A DNA stretch of 64,000 nucleotides from an uncultured Gammaproteobacteria bacterium (GTDB lineage Bacteria > Pseudomonadota > Gammaproteobacteria > Xanthomonadales > Xanthomonadaceae), in the NCBI GenBank assembly GCA_963710825.1, contig CAVQBQ010000005.1, positions 769,504 to 833,503 of the forward strand. Direction: 5' to 3'. The translations under genes and the position numbers were made by a program. Positions 13,252-21,993 of the stretch are shown in pieces. A model generated the notes under the pieces. It saw only the letters and a program-made list of their open reading frames with translations, searched no databases and was not told where the DNA came from. The number at the start of each line of letters is the position of its first letter. Within the stretch, counting starts at the first letter, position 1.

Positions 13252-14547
13252 TCAAAGTCCTGAGATGCGGACGCGGTCCGCGTTGTCGAACAGGTCGCTT
13301 CCGGAAACGACGATTCGGTCGCCCGGCTGCAGCCCGGAGATGATTTCCACGGCGCTCAAGCTGCTGGTGCCGGCCTGTATCGGACGCCGCACGGCGCTGT
13401 TGCCGTCGACGACGTAGGCAAAGCGGCCGCCGTCCTGTTCGAGGAATGGGCCGCGCTCGACCATCAACACGTTGTTGCGGGTATCCAGCACGATCCGCGC
13501 GGACAGCCGCTGGTTTTGCCGCAGGCCGGGAGGCTGCTGGCCCTTGGAGAACCGCAGGCGGGCGTTGACCTCGCCATTGACGACTTCCGGCGACACCGCT
13601 GCGACTTCGGCGGCATAGGTCTTGCCGTTGCTGGACACCTGCGCGGGGATGCCGATGCCCAGGTCGCGGGCGAAGCTTTCTGGCACCTTGATCTCGAGTT
13701 CGAACTTGCTCAGGTCGACCACGCCCAGGATGGGTGCATTGGCGGCCACATTGGTTCCCTGCGGCACCTGCACCTGCCCGACCTGGCCGTCGAAGGGCGC
13801 ACGCAGGGTCAGCGCATCGACCTGTCGCTGCAGTTCACCGACGACCGCGCGCTGTCGATCGGCGAGCAAGCGCTTGTTGCGCGTATCCAGTCCGGCGCCC
13901 TGGCCCTGGAGGCCGAGGTCCTCGCGGGCGTGGGCGACGCCGATTTCGGTCTTCTTGACGGTGTCCTGCGCCTTGGCGACGTCGACCTGCGCGACCGCGC
14001 CGCCTTCGAAGCCACGCTGGTAGCGCTGCAGGTCGCGCTGCGCGGCGACCCGGTCGATCTGCGCCTGGTCCAGCGCCTTCTGCGCGGCAGAGCGCAACAA
14101 GCGGGCATCCAGCGCGGCGCGGCCGGCCTCGGCCTGCAGGCTGGCCAGGGTGGATTGTTCCTGCACCAGCCTGCTGCGCAGCTCGGGACTGTCGATCACC
14201 GCCAGCGCCTGGCCCTTCTTGACCGCATCGCCGGCCACGACCTTCAGGGTCACGGTGCCGCCGGCGATGGCGTACAGGGTCGGGCTGTTGGCCGCGATCA
14301 CGCGGCCATCGGCGGACAGGTCGCGGACAAGGTCGCCTCGCTTGACTTCGGCGATCCGCAGGCGCGAGGCGTCGATGGAGCGTCCGCCCGTCATCCAGCC
14401 GGCGCCGACCCAGATCGCCAGCCCCACCACCACCACGGCGGCGGCGCCTGCGACCAGCCAGGGCTTGCGGCGGGAGCGTCGGGATGCCGATGCCGACAGG
14501 ACCTGGTCCTGGCCTGCGGTATCGCGGATGCGTGTGCGGTTGTCCAT
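13252..14547 (-). CDS. HlyD-family periplasmic adaptor (membrane fusion protein) of the ABC efflux system
   Basis: Start at the ATG at 14547 (MDNRTRIRDT...). Single N-terminal TM, long coiled-coil, C-terminal beta-barrel (…GDRIVVSGSDLFDNADRVRI). First gene of the operon. Confidence 0.85.
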   Translation of the reverse strand: MDNRTRIRDTAGQDQVLSASASRRSRRKPWLVAGAAAVVVVGLAIWVGAGWMTGGRSIDASRLRIAEVKRGDLVRDLSADGRVIAANSPTLYAIAGGTVTLKVVAGDAVKKGQALAVIDSPELRSRLVQEQSTLASLQAEAGRAALDARLLRSAAQKALDQAQIDRVAAQRDLQRYQRGFEGGAVAQVDVAKAQDTVKKTEIGVAHAREDLGLQGQGAGLDTRNKRLLADRQRAVVGELQRQVDALTLRAPFDGQVGQVQVPQGTNVAANAPILGVVDLSKFELEIKVPESFARDLGIGIPAQVSSNGKTYAAEVAAVSPEVVNGEVNARLRFSKGQQPPGLRQNQRLSARIVLDTRNNVLMVERGPFLEQDGGRFAYVVDGNSAVRRPIQAGTSSLSAVEIISGLQPGDRIVVSGSDLFDNADRVRISGL

Positions 14548-14585
14548 GCTTGGGCGGTGCGTACGATGTGGTTTGCATGCCATTA

Positions 14586-14602
14586 CGCAATCGCCGTGCC
14601 AA
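14586..14602 (-). promoter_or_regulatory. Sigma54 (-24/-12) promoter for the HlyD-ABC efflux operon
   Basis: The minus strand reads tTGGCACggcgaTTGCgt, i.e. TGGCAC-N5-TTGC, ~40 bp upstream of the HlyD start. An NtrC-type activator is encoded in the same locus. Confidence 0.65.
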
Positions 14603-14644
14603 CACGTAAAGCAATGATTTGAAAGGAAATCGCCTGCGATCAAT

Positions 14645-14660
14645 GTGTCCGCCCGGACAC
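14645..14660. promoter_or_regulatory. Perfect palindrome GTGTCCGCCCGGACAC ~50 bp upstream of the sigma54 promoter; candidate enhancer/UAS for the response regulator
   Basis: Direct reading. Its position fits a bacterial enhancer-binding-protein site. Confidence 0.4.
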
Positions 14661-14710
14661 TTTTACCGTCCGCTCGGACGCCCGCACCGTTTACACTGGC
14701 GGCATCGCCA

Positions 14711-14990
14711 ATCGCCTTTGTGTAGGAGCGGCTTCAGCCGCGAGCTCCTGATCCTGGCGATGGCTCTTGTAGGGGCGACGTAAGTCGCGATCAGCAATTC
14801 CGGAACTCCTGATCGCTACTTGCGTCGCTCCTACAACGGCAAAAACAAGATCAAGATCAAGATCAAGATCAAGATCAAGATCAAGATCAAGATCAAGATC
14901 AAGATCAAGATCAAGATCAAGATCAAGATCAAGAGCTCGCGGCTGAAGCCGCTCCTACGAAAAGCATCAACAGCTACGACAGCCACAGCA
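14711..14990. repeat. REP-like nested palindromic element cluster C containing an (AAGATC)~15 hexanucleotide microsatellite (14846-14933)
   Basis: Outer arms at 14712 and 14936, inner arms at 14768 and 14809. A perfect 88-bp AAGATC tandem array lies between the inner and outer arms. Confidence 0.9.
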
Positions 14991-15012
14991 AGCCAACAAA
15001 GGACAAACCTTC

Positions 15013-16845
15013 ATGTGCGGCATCATCGGTGCGATCGCGGATCGCGATGTGGTTCCGGTCCTGATCGAGGGCCTCAAGCGGCTTGAATACCGTGGCTATG
15101 ATTCGGCCGGCATCGCGGTGGTGGCGGACGATGCCGTGCGTCGCGTGCGCCGCACCGGGCGCGTGTCGGAAATGGAGGCGGCCGCGCAGGCCGAGGGCTT
15201 CCACGCATCGCTCGGCATCGGCCACACGCGCTGGGCCACGCACGGCGGCGTCACCGAGGGCAATGCGCATCCGCACATCAGCCACGGCGAGCTGGCGCTG
15301 GTGCACAACGGCATCATCGAGAACCACGAGCAGCAGCGCGAGCGCCTGGTCGCGCTGGGCTACCGGTTCGAGTCGCAAACCGATACCGAGGTCATCGCCC
15401 ACCTGATCCACCACTACATGCAGGCCGGCGACGACTTGCTGGCGGCCTTGCAGAAGTCGGTGCGCGAGCTTGATGGCGCCTACGCGCTGGCGGTGATCGA
15501 CAAGCGCGATCCCACGCGCATGGTGGCCGCGCGCATGGGCTGTCCGCTGCTGGTCGGCCTGGGCGAGGGTGAGAATTTCATCGCCTCGGACGTCTCGGCG
15601 ATCCTGTCCTCGACCCGCCGCGTGATCTTCCTGGAGGAAGGCGATACCGCCGAACTCATGCGCGACGCCGTGCGCGTGTTCGACGCGCAAGGCAAGGTTG
15701 TCCAACGGGAAGTGCACTTGTCGGACGTCTCGCTGGCATCGCTGGAGCTGGGTCCCTACCAGCACTACATGCAGAAGGAGATCCACGAGCAGCCGCGCGC
15801 TATCGCCGACACCATCGAGGCGGTGATCGACAACGATGCCTTCACCCCGGCGTTGTTCGGTGACGATGCGCTGGATGTCCTGGCCGATTGCGAAGCGGTG
15901 CAGATCCTTGCCTGCGGCACCAGCTATTACGCCGGCCTCGTCGCGCGCTACTGGATCGAGTCGATCGCGGGCATTCCCTGCGCGGTCGATATCGCCAGCG
16001 AATACCGGTATCGCCGCGTCGCGGCCAACCCCAGGCAGCTGGTCGTGACGCTGTCCCAGTCCGGCGAAACCCTGGACACGATGGAGGCATTGAAGTACGC
16101 CAAGTCGCTGGGGCAGCTGCGCACGTTGTCGATCTGCAACGTGCCCGAGAGCGCCATCCCGCGCGCCAGCCGGCTGGTGTATTACACCCGCGCCGGCGCC
16201 GAGATCGGTGTCGCTTCGACCAAGGCGTTCACCACGCAGCTGGTCGCGCTGTTCACGCTGACCGCCACGCTGGCAAAACTGCGGGGATGCCTGTCGGCCG
16301 AACAGGAAGCCGAGTTGATCGATGCATTGCGCCACCTGCCGGGCAGCGTGCAGCACGCGCTCAACCTGGAGCCGCAGATCGCGTCCTGGGCCGAGCGTTT
16401 CGCGCCCAAGCAGCATGCGTTGTTCCTGGGTCGCGGCGAGCACTACCCGATCGCCCTGGAAGGTGCGCTCAAGCTCAAGGAAATTTCCTACATCCACGCC
16501 GAGGCGTATCCGGCGGGGGAACTCAAGCATGGGCCGCTGGCGCTCGTGGACAGCGACATGCCGGTGGTGGTGATCGCACCGATGGACAGCCTGCTGGAAA
16601 AGGTCAAGTCCAATATCCAGGAGGTGCGCGCACGTGGTGGCGAGATGTTCGTGTTTACCGATGCGGACAGCCACTTTGGCGAGTCCGAGGGCGTGCATGT
16701 GATCCGCACCCCGCGTCATGTCGGCGTGCTTAGCCCGATCGTGCAATCCATCCCGGTGCAGTTGCTGGCCTACCACGTGGCGTTGGCGCGCGGCACGGAC
16801 GTCGACAAGCCACGCAACCTGGCCAAGTCGGTGACGGTGGAGTAG
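15013..16845 (+). CDS. glmS: Glutamine--fructose-6-phosphate aminotransferase
   Basis: 610 aa. Canonical N-terminus MCGIIGAI (Cys2 nucleophile) and two SIS domains. Confidence 0.95.
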   Translation: MCGIIGAIADRDVVPVLIEGLKRLEYRGYDSAGIAVVADDAVRRVRRTGRVSEMEAAAQAEGFHASLGIGHTRWATHGGVTEGNAHPHISHGELALVHNGIIENHEQQRERLVALGYRFESQTDTEVIAHLIHHYMQAGDDLLAALQKSVRELDGAYALAVIDKRDPTRMVAARMGCPLLVGLGEGENFIASDVSAILSSTRRVIFLEEGDTAELMRDAVRVFDAQGKVVQREVHLSDVSLASLELGPYQHYMQKEIHEQPRAIADTIEAVIDNDAFTPALFGDDALDVLADCEAVQILACGTSYYAGLVARYWIESIAGIPCAVDIASEYRYRRVAANPRQLVVTLSQSGETLDTMEALKYAKSLGQLRTLSICNVPESAIPRASRLVYYTRAGAEIGVASTKAFTTQLVALFTLTATLAKLRGCLSAEQEAELIDALRHLPGSVQHALNLEPQIASWAERFAPKQHALFLGRGEHYPIALEGALKLKEISYIHAEAYPAGELKHGPLALVDSDMPVVVIAPMDSLLEKVKSNIQEVRARGGEMFVFTDADSHFGESEGVHVIRTPRHVGVLSPIVQSIPVQLLAYHVALARGTDVDKPRNLAKSVTVE

Positions 16846-16886
16846 CGGTTTGGCGGTTGCTGGATGGTCTGGCAATCCTGTCGTTC

Positions 16887-16925
16887 CAGCCTGTCATCCT
16901 TCGCTGCGCGCAGGATGACAGGGTC
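16887..16925. terminator. Stem-loop between convergent glmS and the TonB-dependent receptor gene
   Basis: CCTGTCATCCT-TCGCTGCGCGC-AGGATGACAGG is an 11-bp stem. There is no strong U-tract, so it may act on either strand. Confidence 0.4.
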
Positions 16926-17028
16926 GCAATGACAGCATCGTTGCAGCAGCACGGCCGCTAACAGCACACCGATCATGTCATTGGAATAACCGGGCCGGGA
17001 TGGGATCGCCATCCCGGCACTGGGGCCA

Positions 17029-18945
17029 TCAATCGTGCAGCGCGTATCGCAACGTCAACACGAACTCGCGTCCGGGCTGGTTGTAGAACGCCGCGGTTTC
17101 GTAGTCACGATCAAATGCATTGTGCACGCTGCCTTGCAACGTCCACCGGCGGGCGAAGGCAACTTCTGCACGCAGGTCGAGCGTCGTGTATCCGCCCAGG
17201 CGAAGGCTGTTGGCGACATCGTCGTAGCGTGCGCCTTCCGCGACCAGGCTGCCGCCGATACGCCAGCGGCCGAGGTTGCGATCGGCATCGATGCGCGCGC
17301 TGTCGCGGGCACGCCGCGGCAGTAGTTTGCCGTCGTTGGCATTGCTGCGATTGCGCGGGTCGAGCCAGCTTGCTTGCGCAGACACGTCCCAGCCGGCCAA
17401 GGTCGTGCCAGCGGTCAGTTCGACACCACGGATGCGTGCGTCCTCGATGTTGTTGGCGATGAAGATCCTCGGGTCGTAGACGATCAGCTGGTCGATGCTG
17501 GTTTGATAGGCGTTTGCCTGCCAGTGCCAGCCACGCCTGCGTTGTGCGACGCCAAGCTCCAGGCTGCGCGAGGTCTCCGGCTGCAGGTCGGGATTGCCGT
17601 AATACGGGTAGTACAGCTCATTGAACGAAGGCGCCTTGAACGCGCTGCCGTAGCTGGCAGTAAAGCGCAGGCCGTGGGCGGCATCCATGCCCCAGGCCAG
17701 GCTGCCGGTGTCGTGACCACCGAACTGGTCATTGTCGTCATGGCGCACGGCAGCCTGCAGGTCGTGTCCACCGAAACGGCCTTGGTACTGCAAGAAACCA
17801 GCACGGTTGCTGCGGTCGGCCACGAAGCTGCTGGATGGGTCGTCGATACCGCCGATATCCCGCGACCAGTCCAGTCCGATGGTCAACAGTTGCGCCCCGG
17901 TGACGTTGATATCCGTTTGCAGCGTCGCGCTGTCGCGGGTGCTGTAGAAGCGGTTGCCGAATGTCGTCCCCAGGTAATTGTCGGACGCGTCGATGTTGCG
18001 TCCGCCGGTCAGCTGCAGTGCGAAACGATCATTGGCCGAATAACGCAGCTTGCCGGCTACGACCTGTTGCAGCGTGTCCGAGTTGTCCGGCAGTGCGTAG
18101 GCGGGGTTGGCGTCGTAGGCGTTGTGGCCTTGGCTGCGCAGGGCATGCGCGGTCGCTTCCCAGTCCTCGCCCAGGTCCAACCCGGCGCGCAGGGAGAGTG
18201 AGTTGTTTTCATAACCGTCGCGATCGGGGTCGGGACTGTCATGGCCGCAACCTGCGTAAAGCGGCGCCCCGATGCCGCGGCAGGCATTGATGCCATCACT
18301 GGCCTGGTGGCTGTAGTCAATGCCCAGCCAACCATATTTGCCACCGATATCGACACCGCCCCCGGCCTTGCGCAGGCCGTGGCTGCCGCCGCCAAGATGT
18401 AGCCGGGGATGGACGCCTGTGCGGCCAATGCGGGTAAATATCTGGATCACGCCGCCGATGGCCTCGCTGCCGTAGAGGCTGGAGCGCGGACCACGCACGA
18501 TCTCGATGCGGTCGATCAGTTCCAGCGGCAGGTCCTGCAGCGACGTCAGCCCGGATGTCGCCGAGCCAACGCGCACGCCGTCGATCAGGAACAGGGTGTG
18601 GTCGGATTCGGTGCCGCGCAGGAACACTGTCGACAGCTTGCCCAGGCCGCCCTGGTTGGCCAGGTTGATGCCGGCCCGGCCGCGCAGCAGGTCCTGCAAC
18701 GACAGCGCCTGGCTGCGTTCGATGTCGTCGCGGTCGATGACTTCGACCGCCGCCAGTGAATCGTCGACAGTGACTGTAGTGCGGGTGCCGGTGACGGTGA
18801 CCTTGTCGAGTTGCTTGACGCGATCGTTGGTGGCCATGCCATCGGCGCTAGTGGCAGGGGCTATCGTTTGCGCGATGGCCGTGGCCGGCAGTGATAACGC
18901 AGACAGGCTGCAGGTGATGGCCAGGCAAAGCAGGTGGGACTTCAT
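17029..18945 (-). CDS. btuB: TonB-dependent outer-membrane receptor, cobalamin (BtuB)-type judged by its riboswitch
   Basis: Start at the ATG at 18945 (MKSHLLCLAITCSLSALSLPATAIAQ, a signal peptide). TonB box DKVTVTGTR, plug and 22-strand barrel, C-terminal ...RYALHD ending in an aromatic/terminal residue. The upstream ORF extension is rejected. Confidence 0.8.
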   Translation of the reverse strand: MKSHLLCLAITCSLSALSLPATAIAQTIAPATSADGMATNDRVKQLDKVTVTGTRTTVTVDDSLAAVEVIDRDDIERSQALSLQDLLRGRAGINLANQGGLGKLSTVFLRGTESDHTLFLIDGVRVGSATSGLTSLQDLPLELIDRIEIVRGPRSSLYGSEAIGGVIQIFTRIGRTGVHPRLHLGGGSHGLRKAGGGVDIGGKYGWLGIDYSHQASDGINACRGIGAPLYAGCGHDSPDPDRDGYENNSLSLRAGLDLGEDWEATAHALRSQGHNAYDANPAYALPDNSDTLQQVVAGKLRYSANDRFALQLTGGRNIDASDNYLGTTFGNRFYSTRDSATLQTDINVTGAQLLTIGLDWSRDIGGIDDPSSSFVADRSNRAGFLQYQGRFGGHDLQAAVRHDDNDQFGGHDTGSLAWGMDAAHGLRFTASYGSAFKAPSFNELYYPYYGNPDLQPETSRSLELGVAQRRRGWHWQANAYQTSIDQLIVYDPRIFIANNIEDARIRGVELTAGTTLAGWDVSAQASWLDPRNRSNANDGKLLPRRARDSARIDADRNLGRWRIGGSLVAEGARYDDVANSLRLGGYTTLDLRAEVAFARRWTLQGSVHNAFDRDYETAAFYNQPGREFVLTLRYALHD

Positions 18946-19189
18946 GTGTCGTTTTCTCCAGCGCGCACGCCCGCACGCAACAGCCCGGGATGGGCAGGTG
19001 ATGGGAGTTGCGGGAGGCGGGAGAGCTGCGAAGGTGCCGAAGGGACGTGTCACGTGGATACACGCGGACACAGGACGGCACCGCCGCCGCAATGCCCGCC
19101 GCATCACAACCAGTCGACTCCGGGGCCGGTCTCCGGACTCGCGAGTGGTAATGGGGTCAGGTTCATTCACGCCGTGGTTGCGGCACGAA

Positions 19190-19390
19190 GCGGGATGTCC
19201 CGCCGCGTAAATGAACCCGACCCCATTACCGGCCTTGGCGCCTTCCCGTGCGCTGCACAGTGGCGGTTGCCTTGGCCCGTCTCGCTTACCGTTGCGGGGG
19301 CAGTGCCGGGGTGGACGCGCAGGGCGTGGTCACCGGCTTCCCGTTTCAACCTTCCGGACAGTGTGTCCTTCGGGTCACCTCGAAGCGTGT
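19190..19390 (-). ncRNA. Cobalamin (AdoCbl) riboswitch in the btuB 5' leader
   Basis: The minus strand reads ...GGTTGAAACGGGAAGCCGGTGACC...CTGCCCCCGCAACGGTAAGCGAG...GCCACTG (B12 box) ...GGGAAGGCGCC..., followed by a long hairpin GGTAATGGGGTCGGGTTCATT...AATGAACCTGACCCCATTACC as the expression platform. This matches the conserved B12-element core. Confidence 0.75.
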
Positions 19391-19506
19391 GCAGTCTATG
19401 CCAGCGCTGGCATGGGCGCAAAGGATTGATGTCGGTGCACCGACACTTTCAAGAGGAAGCGGGCATTAGCTGACGTATTTCCGTCCATCCATGGACATCG
19501 GCGTTT

Positions 19507-19668
19507 GTGTAGGAGCGGCTTCAGCCGCGAGCTCTTGCTTTTGCCTTGCATTTTCGTAGGAGCGACGTAAGTCGCGATAGGCGTTACGGGTGTGCGATCG
19601 CGACTTAGCGGTGGCGGCATGCCGCCACCACTGCTACACAAGACAGATCAACATCAACATCAAGATCA
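19507..19668. repeat. REP-like element cluster D (outer arm + inner arm pair + core palindrome GGTGGCGGCATGCCGCCACC, followed by GATCAACATCAACATCAAGATCAA)
   Basis: Direct reading. It lacks the closing outer arm. Confidence 0.8.
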
Positions 19669-19964
19669 AACGCTTCCGCGCTGTCGCGCGGGTTACCTTT
19701 GTTACGGCAAAAGGTAACCAACACCATGGCTCCTGACGCTTGCCGATGCGATACAGCCGCATCGGTGCCCTGCGCTTCGGACTGGGGCACATCCCTGTGC
19801 CCCACCCGCTACGCGGGCGCCATTCGGTGGTCCAGATCGTTCCGGACGATCTGTCGTCAAGAAGGGTACGGTGCCCAAACTCGCGCGCTGCGCGCACTCA
19901 GACATGGGCACCTTTTCCCCCGTCTTGACTGCGATGCTCGGCAAGCCTTAAGTCGCACACGATC

Positions 19965-20086
19965 AACAGCCAAGAGCCAAGAGCCAAGAGCCAGAGGCGA
20001 AAAGCGAAAAGCGAAAAGCGAAAAGCGAAAAGCGAAAAGCGAAAAGCGAAAAGCGAAAAGCGAAAAGCGAAAAGCGAAAAGCGAAA
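19965..20086. repeat. Two adjacent heptanucleotide microsatellites: (CAAGAGC)3 then (GCGAAAA)14
   Basis: Perfect tandem copies. The tract is AT-rich in a 67% GC genome. It lies in a ~570-bp ORF-free region between the 3' end of the tfoX-like gene and the btuB promoter. Confidence 0.9.
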
Positions 20087-20261
20087 AGCCACAAACGCAT
20101 CTATGCAGTCATTCCCTCTTAGGCGGGAATCCAGGGACGTTGCCCCTGTGTCCAGAGGGCCATTCGGTGGACTGGGGTTTCACAGCAAAGAGACTTCGCG
20201 TACGTGCGAAGGGTGACTCGCAGTGGCGAATGCAACCCGGGAACGACCTGCTACAAGCGGG

Positions 20262-20645
20262 TCAATCCTTGTTGTAGCGCATTCGGGGGTCAAGTTCGGC
20301 CCGCTCGCGCTCCATCGGTCCTTCTTCGATCATCACGGTGGTCGTGACCGGTGCGGCGGCCGGTTTGCCGCGTGGGGGGGGCAGTTGCTCGATTGCTGCT
20401 TCAGCAGCGGCAACCATTTCGCTTCGACGTTCGGTAGACACGTCCTGCCAATGGCAGTCGTGCAGCGCGCCTTCCAGCGCGTACAGCAGGTTGAGGCTGG
20501 GTTTGAACCCGGCACGCTTGACCCGCATGAAGGCATCGACCGGGCCGGCGTCGGCCAGGTCCTGGCGCGTGTGCAGGCCGACCTGTCGCAGCCATGCGGC
20601 GGACTTTGGTCCGATGTTGCGCATTTTTTCCTGCTCTCCACCCAT
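20262..20645 (-). CDS. TfoX/Sxy C-terminal-domain protein (stand-alone)
   Basis: Start set at the ATG at 20645 (MGGEQEKMRNIGPKSAAWLRQVGLHTRQDLADAGPVDAFMRVKRAGFKPSLNLLYALEGAL...). The HhH-type TfoX_C motif is present. The upstream Gly/Arg-rich part of the ORF is rejected. Confidence 0.6.
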   Translation of the reverse strand: MGGEQEKMRNIGPKSAAWLRQVGLHTRQDLADAGPVDAFMRVKRAGFKPSLNLLYALEGALHDCHWQDVSTERRSEMVAAAEAAIEQLPPPRGKPAAAPVTTTVMIEEGPMERERAELDPRMRYNKD

Positions 20646-20650
20646 GCCGG

Positions 20651-21166
20651 TCACTCCGATGACAGTCGTTCCGATCCCGCGGCATCCTCGTATGCCCTGG
20701 CGATCGCTTCCAGGCCTTGCTGGTCTTCGGCGTCGAACCTGTCCTTGTCGGGGCTGTCCAGGTCCAGCACGCCGATGATCGTTTCTTCCCCGCCGCGCCG
20801 CAGCAGCAGCGGCACCACCAACTCCGAACGCGACGCAGAGTCGCACGCAATATGCCCGTCGAACGCGTCGACGTCGGCGATGCGTTGCGTCTGCCGCGTC
20901 CGTGCCGCCGCCCCGCAGACGCCTTTGTCCAGCGGGATGCGGATGCAGGCAGGTAAACCCTGAAACGGCCCTACCACCAATTCCCGGCCATCAAAAAAGT
21001 AGAACCCGCACCAGTTCAGGTCCGGCAAGGCATGCCAGAGCAGCGCACAGAGGTTGGCGGCGTTGGCGATGCGGTCGCTCTCGCCGTGCATCAAGGCCCG
21101 CGCCTGCTCAAGCAGTTGGGCATATTGCTCGGGCTTGGTACCGCTTAAACTGGTGGTGTTGAACAT
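20651..21166 (-). CDS. msrC: Free methionine-(R)-sulfoxide reductase (GAF-domain, YebR/fRMsr family)
   Basis: 171 aa, collinear with E. coli YebR: ...NWCGFYFFDGRELVVGPFQGLPACIRIPLDKGVCGAAARTRQTQRIADVDAFDGHIACDSASRSELVVPL... Confidence 0.85.
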   Translation of the reverse strand: MFNTTSLSGTKPEQYAQLLEQARALMHGESDRIANAANLCALLWHALPDLNWCGFYFFDGRELVVGPFQGLPACIRIPLDKGVCGAAARTRQTQRIADVDAFDGHIACDSASRSELVVPLLLRRGGEETIIGVLDLDSPDKDRFDAEDQQGLEAIARAYEDAAGSERLSSE

Positions 21167-21297
21167 GCCACCAGTTTAGCAGCGACCACGAAACCCACGG
21201 AGACCTGGATGGATCGGAACACCAGGCTGGTACGCAACCGAAAGGCGTGCCGCTTGCGGCAAGCGGTCGTGTCCGCCATGGCCACGGGCGCAGCCCC

Positions 21298-21993
21298 ATG
21301 ATCGGTGCACTGGATCGTGGTGAAACGACAACGCGGGTCGAGGCCTTTGTCGACGGCGCGTTCGCCTTCGCCCTGACGCTGTTGGCGATCGCGGGCGATC
21401 ATATCCCGGGCAGCGTTGGTGAGCTGGTGGGTGCGATCAAGGGCGTCCCGGCGTTCGCCCTGAGCTTCCTGCTGATCGTCCAGGTCTGGTCCGGCCATGT
21501 CGAATGGAGCCGCAGCTTCGGCCTGGACGACGTGACCACGCGCCGCCTGTCGCTGTTGCTCGTGCTGCTGGTGCTGGTTTTCGTCTACCCGCTGAAGATG
21601 GTGTTCAGCGCACTGTTCAGCGGTTTGTCGGGGGGCTACCTGCCAGCGAATTTCACGGTCGAAACCTATGCGGAGGTCACGACGTTGTTCGTGACCTTCG
21701 GGGTCGCGTTCGGCTCTCTTGGCCTGACACTGTTCCTGCTGTACCTGCACGCGTGGAAACAGCGCGATGCAATCGGACTCGATCGGGGCGAGCGCATCGT
21801 CGCGCGTGCACGCATGGTCTGCTGGGCGTTGATTCCGTTGGTGGCCGCGGTGTCGATCGGGTTGGCGTCGTGGCTGTCGGGACGTGCGCAGATCGGCTGG
21901 TGGAATGGTCTTCCCGGGTACATCTACTTCAGCCTCAACATCGCCACGCCGCTGATCATGCGGCGTGCACGCGATCGAGCGCTCCAGGCATGA
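21298..21993 (+). CDS. DUF1211 (TMEM175-like) membrane protein
   Basis: Start at the ATG at 21298 (MIGALDRGETTTRVEAFVDGAFAFALTLL, with the RxxxFSDGVFAIAITLL-type motif). 6 TM segments. Its stop overlaps the bioD start (ATGA). Confidence 0.65.
   Translation: MIGALDRGETTTRVEAFVDGAFAFALTLLAIAGDHIPGSVGELVGAIKGVPAFALSFLLIVQVWSGHVEWSRSFGLDDVTTRRLSLLLVLLVLVFVYPLKMVFSALFSGLSGGYLPANFTVETYAEVTTLFVTFGVAFGSLGLTLFLLYLHAWKQRDAIGLDRGERIVARARMVCWALIPLVAAVSIGLASWLSGRAQIGWWNGLPGYIYFSLNIATPLIMRRARDRALQA

Noticed and set aside
14846-20086. Possibility that the AAGATC or GCGAAAA arrays are CRISPR arrays
   Set aside because: Units are 6-7 nt with no unique spacers. These are microsatellites, not repeat-spacer arrays. 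No cas genes are present.
19699-20277. 192-aa ORF spanning the heptanucleotide repeats (translates as KAKSEKRKAKSEKR…)
   Set aside because: The peptide comes from translating a perfect microsatellite, has no start context, and lies in an AT-rich noncoding interval.
21504-21989. N-terminal 160-codon extension of the bioD ORF
   Set aside because: It overlaps the DUF1211 gene in another frame. The BioD P-loop motif starts right at MTHHGIYVTGTDTGAGKT (21990).
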